In this document: piece by piece, positions 59,051 through 64,000 of the stretch
Numbering within the stretch: the first letter of the stretch is position 1
Layout: every line of letters begins with the position of its first letter
Origin: Clostridiales bacterium
GTDB lineage: Bacteria > Bacillota > Clostridia > Lachnospirales > JAQSXR01
Reading direction: 5' to 3'
Assembly (NCBI GenBank): GCA_029256575.1
Contig: JAQSXR010000002.1
Span: forward strand, 8,272-72,271
DNA length: 64,000 nt
Notes under the pieces: generated by a model
Seen by the model: the letters and a program-made list of their open reading frames with translations, nothing else
Database searches by the model: none
What the model was told of the DNA's origin: nothing
Made by a program: the position numbers and the translations under genes

Positions 59051-59983
59051 CTAATACAAGCTTTCAGACTTATTTACTTTTTGTGATATGAGAGATAATA
59101 TCATAATAAGTACAGCTAGCATTATTGCTAATGTTGCTGCAAACCCCATAGCATTTTGTGTTCCAAATGCATATTTATAAATCATTAAAGAAACCGTTAG
59201 GGTGGAATTAGCTGGTCCTCCAGATCCATTTGAAAAAATATAAGCTTGATCAAACATCTGTAAGGTACCAATTATACTTGTTAATAATACATATGTAGTC
59301 ATAGGCTTTAAATAAGGTACGGTTATGTAGAAGAACTTCTTTATTGAATTCGCTCCATCTATTTCGGCTGCTTCATACATAGATGCCGGTAAGTCTTGTA
59401 AAGTTGCTAGATATAGTGTCATATAGTATGGTATGGTTGACCAAATGTTCATACCCATTATGACTTTTAATGAAAAGTTGGGATTATTCAAATAATTAAT
59501 ACCTGTATCAATAATACCCATCTTAATTAATATTCCATTTATTGGTCCTGTTACGCTGAACATAAACATAAATATAAGGGTTAATGCGGAACTAGATGTA
59601 AGTGTCGGTAAAAATAATGTTGTTCTAAAAAACATCTTTCCTTTTATTTTGCTATTTAACACTGCAGCGATAACAAGTGCTAAAAATGTTTGGATTGGAA
59701 CTACCACCAAAGAAAATGTAAGTGTATTCTTAAAAGCAACTCTTGTTGTTGAATCGGTAAACGCTCGAAAGTAATTCTTTAGCCCTATTGGAGTATATGT
59801 TTTTGCAAATAAATTGACTTTATGAAAAGACAGGTAAATTACGAACAAGACAGACAAGCCTATAAAAATACTCGTTATTAGTATTGACGGTGTTAAAAAC
59901 AGATAAGCTTGTTTATGCTCTCCCTTTTCTCTTTTTGTATATTTGTATTTTGTAATCGCTACTTTATTGCGTGAATCGGTCAA
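59051..59983 (-). CDS. Carbohydrate ABC transporter permease (MalF-like)
   Basis: 310 aa with 6 TM segments and an EAA loop (YEAAEIDGANSIKKFFYIT). Confidence 0.85.
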   Translation of the reverse strand: MTDSRNKVAITKYKYTKREKGEHKQAYLFLTPSILITSIFIGLSVLFVIYLSFHKVNLFAKTYTPIGLKNYFRAFTDSTTRVAFKNTLTFSLVVVPIQTFLALVIAAVLNSKIKGKMFFRTTLFLPTLTSSSALTLIFMFMFSVTGPINGILIKMGIIDTGINYLNNPNFSLKVIMGMNIWSTIPYYMTLYLATLQDLPASMYEAAEIDGANSIKKFFYITVPYLKPMTTYVLLTSIIGTLQMFDQAYIFSNGSGGPANSTLTVSLMIYKYAFGTQNAMGFAATLAIMLAVLIMILSLISQKVNKSESLY

Positions 59984-60047
59984 GTCTTAACCCCCCTTTT
60001 CTTAAAATGCGGCGTCTTTTTAGAAAGTCGCCGCAAGTTTAACTGAT

Positions 60048-61310
60048 TTATTTTGAATTATTTATTTCATCATTTGCTTGTGTATCTGCTTTTTTCATTG
60101 CTTCAACTGTAGTCATTTCTCCAGATACTACACTCTGAATATAATTTTGATAAGCTGAATTAATGATTGAAATAGTTGTTCCTTTTTGCCAAGGAACTGC
60201 ATACTCAACTTGTGCTAGATGTGTTTTCATAACTGGATCAGATTCTATTTTCATTTCTGTTGCTACGTCATTTCTTGAAGGAAGACATCCAGCCCCAGCA
60301 ACCCAAGTAGCCATTCCGTCTCCTGTAGCATATTTGATCCATTCTTTTGCTAACGCAACTTCTTTAGCCTTAGAATAAACTGCATATCCAACGGTGAAGG
60401 ACATAGAACTTTTTTCACCTAAGTATGTAGGCATATCAATTACTTCAAAATTAATTTCTGGATAGTTTTGTTTTAAATTACCATATACCCAGTTACCTTC
60501 TTCCATGATAACGCATTTTCCTGTACCGAACACTTCTCCATTCCAGCCAAGACCAATTTCAGCAGGAGTCTTATATGCTCCTGTATTTACTAAATCCATC
60601 ATGAAATCAAGATTCTTAATAACTCCATCGGAACTTAATGTTGACATTTCATTTTCATCAATAAGACTTGCTTCATTTCTTTCAAACAAGTGTAAATTTC
60701 TTGCTAAATCTTGGTTATAGGTCATAGCCGTAACTTGCCCAACACCATATTTAGCATCTAATTTTGCTTGTAATTCAGGTAAGAAAGTTACCATATCTTC
60801 TAAAGCAGTTGGAATATCTGATAATTGTAATCCTACTTCTTCTAATATATCTGTATTAACGTACGTTGCTAAGACTGAAACATCTTTTGGTATTGCATAT
60901 ATTTTTCCTTCATCTGTTGTAAATGCATCCATTAAGTTACTATAATAAGCATCCGTGCCCATCTCTTTTGCATCCAATTCTAACATTACATCTAGTGTCG
61001 CATAGAATGGGAACATACTACCATCTACATAGAATACATCTGGAGCCGTCCCTCCGATAAAATCTGCTTGAATTTGTGTATTAATATCCGTATAAGTCTT
61101 TAACTCAATCTTAGCTCCGGTTTTCGCTTCAAAGTCTTTAATTACTTGGTTTAAAGCAGCTGCCTCAGCATCATTTCCACCCCAAATACCAACTGTTAAT
61201 GTTTTACCTTTAATCTTTTCTTCTACTGATTTACCTGTTTCTTTTGTCCCACAAGATGCTAGGGATAAAGCAAGAACTACTACTAGTACCATTGAAAATA
61301 ATTTTTTCAT
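60048..61310 (-). CDS. Sugar ABC transporter substrate-binding lipoprotein
   Basis: 420 aa with a signal peptide and lipobox (LSLASCG). Pattern fits family-1 solute-binding proteins. Confidence 0.85.
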   Translation of the reverse strand: MKKLFSMVLVVVLALSLASCGTKETGKSVEEKIKGKTLTVGIWGGNDAEAAALNQVIKDFEAKTGAKIELKTYTDINTQIQADFIGGTAPDVFYVDGSMFPFYATLDVMLELDAKEMGTDAYYSNLMDAFTTDEGKIYAIPKDVSVLATYVNTDILEEVGLQLSDIPTALEDMVTFLPELQAKLDAKYGVGQVTAMTYNQDLARNLHLFERNEASLIDENEMSTLSSDGVIKNLDFMMDLVNTGAYKTPAEIGLGWNGEVFGTGKCVIMEEGNWVYGNLKQNYPEINFEVIDMPTYLGEKSSMSFTVGYAVYSKAKEVALAKEWIKYATGDGMATWVAGAGCLPSRNDVATEMKIESDPVMKTHLAQVEYAVPWQKGTTISIINSAYQNYIQSVVSGEMTTVEAMKKADTQANDEINNSK

Positions 61311-61334
61311 TGTTTACTCTCCTTTAGTTTTTTT

Positions 61335-61378
61335 ATAAAACGTTTTGGTAGCTATATTATATACCAAAACGTTTTGGT
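61335..61378. promoter_or_regulatory. Two LacI-type palindromes (core AAAACGTTTT) between the GH65 and binding-protein genes
   Basis: ATAAAACGTTTTGGTA (61335-61350, imperfect) and ACCAAAACGTTTTGGT (61363-61378, a perfect 16-bp palindrome). Confidence 0.55.
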
Positions 61379-61380
61379 TA

Positions 61381-63735
61381 TCAAGTAGTTTTGTATGTTT
61401 TTTCCATAATAATTTCTAATTTATGGTTAATTATATAATTTTTGCTGTATATTTGAATCTCTATCTCTCTTTCTTTTGTAACATTTTCTATACTCAGTTT
61501 ATCTTTATCAATACTTACTTCAAGTGTTTGTCCTTGCCAAACGATAGAAAAATGTAATGAAGCCCAAGTCTTTGGAAGCCTTGGTTCAATCCTAAGTTTT
61601 CCATTCAGCATACGTAAGCCACCGAAACCATAAACTATACACTTCCAAATCCCGCCAATGGATGCCGCGTGAATTCCATCATCTGATGATTTCATATTTG
61701 GACCCAAATCTATTTCGGCAGCGCGTCTAAACAGATTGTATGCCATTTCATAATCTCCCATATCATTTGCTAAGATACAATGTGTAGATAGGGATAACGA
61801 AGAATCATGTAGTGTTCTAGGTTCATAATAATTCCAATTTGCTTTCTTTACGTCCAGAGAGAACATATCTTCCATTAGTAAAAATAAAATCATTATATCT
61901 GCTTGTTTTGAAACTTGAATATGGTTTACTTGTTCAAGGCTGTAATCTAAAAACATACTTCCGACATGTGTCTGATTCTTATATTTCGTTAAATCAATAT
62001 TTTCTAGTGTTAAGTATGTACTATCTTGAGGAATAACTAAATCTGTATCTCTTGGAACGGGAAGGTAGATTTTATCAACCCTATCTAACCACACTTGGTA
62101 TACTCTCTCTAAATCAAGCTTTACACATAACTTCTCAAATATATCAATTTTCTCTACTTTCAGAAGTGTATAGTATTCGATTGCTTTCTTTATATTCCAA
62201 TACGCCATATAATTGGTAAACGCGTTATCGTCAATATTTTCTTTGTATTCATCAGGTCCAACTACTTCATTAATATGATATTTACTATCATCTAAGCTAT
62301 ACTCCAATCTTGAAGACCAGAACTTAGCCGTATCTAGAAGTAATTCATACCCATATTCGTCCATAAAAGATTGGTCTCCCGTTACCATATAATATTGCCA
62401 TATACCATAAGCGACATCTGCCGTTATATGTTGTTCAATAAATCCTGACCATATCTTCGTTGGTTTACCTGTTATGATATCTGCAGCCCCCCACACAGGA
62501 GTAACTTCTCCATCATTGAGCCATGCGGATTCCCAAGGGAATTGTGCCCCTTCATAACCATTCCCACTCGCTTTATCGTGTGCCCCTCTTAATGTATGAT
62601 ATCGGTATTGTTCGAGCTTTCTTGCAATCTCAGGGTTAGTAAATGTAAAATATGGTAAAACAAAAATATCGGTATCCCAGAAAGTGTGGCCTTTATATCC
62701 TTCTCCGCTTAACCCTTTCGCTGCAACACTCATGCGGTTATCATGACTTGGCGTCATAACCGCTAGATGATATTGTGCAAATCGAATAGCCAATTGGTCA
62801 TACTCATCTTCTGACTCAATAATAATCTGATTTTTATCCCAAACTTTTTCACTCCATGCGAGCGCAGATTTTGCAGCAATAACATCATAGCCTTCCCTCG
62901 AACTTTGTTTTAGAGCCTCCAAAGATATTTCCTGAAGTTCTTTTACATCTTTATCTTTATTTTCAGCATCTCTAGAAGTATAAACATTGGAGATTTTTTG
63001 AACTTCCATTGTGATACCTTTTCTCAGTATGTAATTATATTCACGAAAAATTTTTCTTCTTTCTATCACGATACGAGAATCAATCTCTACTGAATTGCCC
63101 TCTATAGCAAAAGATATGGTTGTATTATGTACAAAATCAATCTTTGATTGAGTGCTGGTTTGGATGAGCTGCATATACTTTTGATCATATAATCTTTTAT
63201 CACCATCTGATAAATGTTGCGATCCACTATTACTCATTCGTCCATCTATTCCGGATACGATTTCCAATGTTACATCATTATTTATAGGTGTTATAACTAT
63301 TTTCTGTGCGATTAGGTGGAGATTCTCAAGAGATACTACTCGGTAAAATTCCAAATTCAATTCATCTCCTTGTGGAGATATCCAATCAACAGACCTGTGC
63401 AACTCACCTGTTTTTATATTTAGTTGTCGTGAATAATGTTTGATTGTACCTTTTTCCAAAGTGAAACTCTGTCCATTTATAATGATTTCAAAGTTAACAA
63501 TATCCGCAATATTAGGAAGTTCTGTTACTTCATTGTCATCAAATTTATTAAATGTACCTGCAACAAAGTAATTTCTCTTTTCTCCTAGATATCGTTCCTC
63601 CGTTGTTGAACGAATTCCCAGATATCCATTCCCAAGACTCATAATTGCTTCACATTTGCCTAAATATGCACTATCAAATTTATTTTCCTCTACAATCCAA
63701 TTCTTCGCCTTCTTATAATTCATATTTGTTGTCAT
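61381..63735 (-). CDS. Glycoside hydrolase family 65 disaccharide phosphorylase (maltose/kojibiose/trehalose phosphorylase-like)
   Basis: 784 aa. The N-terminal beta-sandwich, central alpha/alpha barrel and GHTFWDTDIF motif fit GH65. Confidence 0.85.
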   Translation of the reverse strand: MTTNMNYKKAKNWIVEENKFDSAYLGKCEAIMSLGNGYLGIRSTTEERYLGEKRNYFVAGTFNKFDDNEVTELPNIADIVNFEIIINGQSFTLEKGTIKHYSRQLNIKTGELHRSVDWISPQGDELNLEFYRVVSLENLHLIAQKIVITPINNDVTLEIVSGIDGRMSNSGSQHLSDGDKRLYDQKYMQLIQTSTQSKIDFVHNTTISFAIEGNSVEIDSRIVIERRKIFREYNYILRKGITMEVQKISNVYTSRDAENKDKDVKELQEISLEALKQSSREGYDVIAAKSALAWSEKVWDKNQIIIESEDEYDQLAIRFAQYHLAVMTPSHDNRMSVAAKGLSGEGYKGHTFWDTDIFVLPYFTFTNPEIARKLEQYRYHTLRGAHDKASGNGYEGAQFPWESAWLNDGEVTPVWGAADIITGKPTKIWSGFIEQHITADVAYGIWQYYMVTGDQSFMDEYGYELLLDTAKFWSSRLEYSLDDSKYHINEVVGPDEYKENIDDNAFTNYMAYWNIKKAIEYYTLLKVEKIDIFEKLCVKLDLERVYQVWLDRVDKIYLPVPRDTDLVIPQDSTYLTLENIDLTKYKNQTHVGSMFLDYSLEQVNHIQVSKQADIMILFLLMEDMFSLDVKKANWNYYEPRTLHDSSLSLSTHCILANDMGDYEMAYNLFRRAAEIDLGPNMKSSDDGIHAASIGGIWKCIVYGFGGLRMLNGKLRIEPRLPKTWASLHFSIVWQGQTLEVSIDKDKLSIENVTKEREIEIQIYSKNYIINHKLEIIMEKTYKTT

Positions 63736-63805
63736 ATTGCCTCCTAATTCATGTCAATACTACCATTCATCAATTTCAATACAATAGTTTAATTACTTTA
63801 TAATT

Positions 63806-63822
63806 TACCAAAACGTTTTTGT
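63806..63822. promoter_or_regulatory. LacI-type operator candidate upstream of the GH65 gene
   Basis: TACCAAAACGTTTTTGT is the same motif as at 61363-61378 with an imperfect right half. It lies about 70 nt upstream of the ATG. Confidence 0.5.
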
Positions 63823-63873
63823 TGAAAGTTAATAATAAAACTGCTTAAATAATAACAATTTAGCAGCTGTTAC

Positions 63874-63999
63874 CTAGTTGTAAAAGTAATAATTTGAAAA
63901 CCATAATGTAAAAATAAACGTACAAATTCCATATCCTAAAATCAGAAAAAATGGAAAGTTACAAATAAATAGAAAAACTCCCAAAATAATAAATAAAGT
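63874..63999 (-). CDS. 3' end of a membrane-protein gene that continues beyond the window (partial)
   Basis: An open frame from the window edge encodes the hydrophobic tail ...LGVFLFICNFPFFLILGYGICTFIFTLWFSNYYFYN. It is followed by a hairpin (63841-63868) and a T-run on the minus strand. Confidence 0.25.
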   Translation of the reverse strand, partial: TLFIILGVFLFICNFPFFLILGYGICTFIFTLWFSNYYFYN

Positions 64000-64000
64000 C

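Overview
AT-rich chromosomal segment, apparently from a spore-forming, S-layer-bearing Clostridia-type Firmicute (inferred from spoVB, SLH domains, an agr locus, a Re-citrate-synthase-type gene, PFOR and desulfoferrodoxin). Most genes lie on the minus strand and are housekeeping. In order: a polyamine pair (nspC plus carboxynorspermidine synthase), PFOR, a peroxiredoxin, a complete agr-type quorum-sensing locus (agrB, an agrD missing from the ORF track, a histidine kinase and a LytTR regulator), lspA, spoVB, rluF, metA, ligA, yebC. Next comes a >3,100-codon SLH-anchored amylopullulanase/alpha-amylase gene broken into three reading frames. It is followed by an AEC transporter, mazF with no adjacent mazE, alr, acpS, rex, an ABC-F ATPase, tdk, tRNA-Glu(CUC), a TPP riboswitch with thiT, and a Gly-Thr repeat lipoprotein. 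A GntR-linked citrate synthase/aconitase/isocitrate dehydrogenase operon follows, then an 88-aa cysteine-rich protein. An O2/ROS/sulfur-stress cluster comes next: HD-GYP, hemerythrin, desulfoferrodoxin, a rubredoxin missing from the ORF track, Crp/Fnr, thioredoxin, and a CoADR-rhodanese-TusA-DsrE fusion. The window ends with an S8 protease, flavodoxin-like genes, a translationally coupled CotH-VTC-DUF4956 trio, and a GH65 phosphorylase/ABC sugar-uptake operon with LacI-type palindromes. No CRISPR array, intact mobile element, prophage or recognisable defence system was seen. The least-explained items are the opposed ~57-bp tandem-repeat arrays forming a ~660-bp palindrome at the window start, the CotH-VTC-DUF4956 module, the Cys-rich and Gly-Thr low-complexity proteins, and the antitoxin-less mazF. 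All functional calls come from motif and family recognition by eye; no database search was run.
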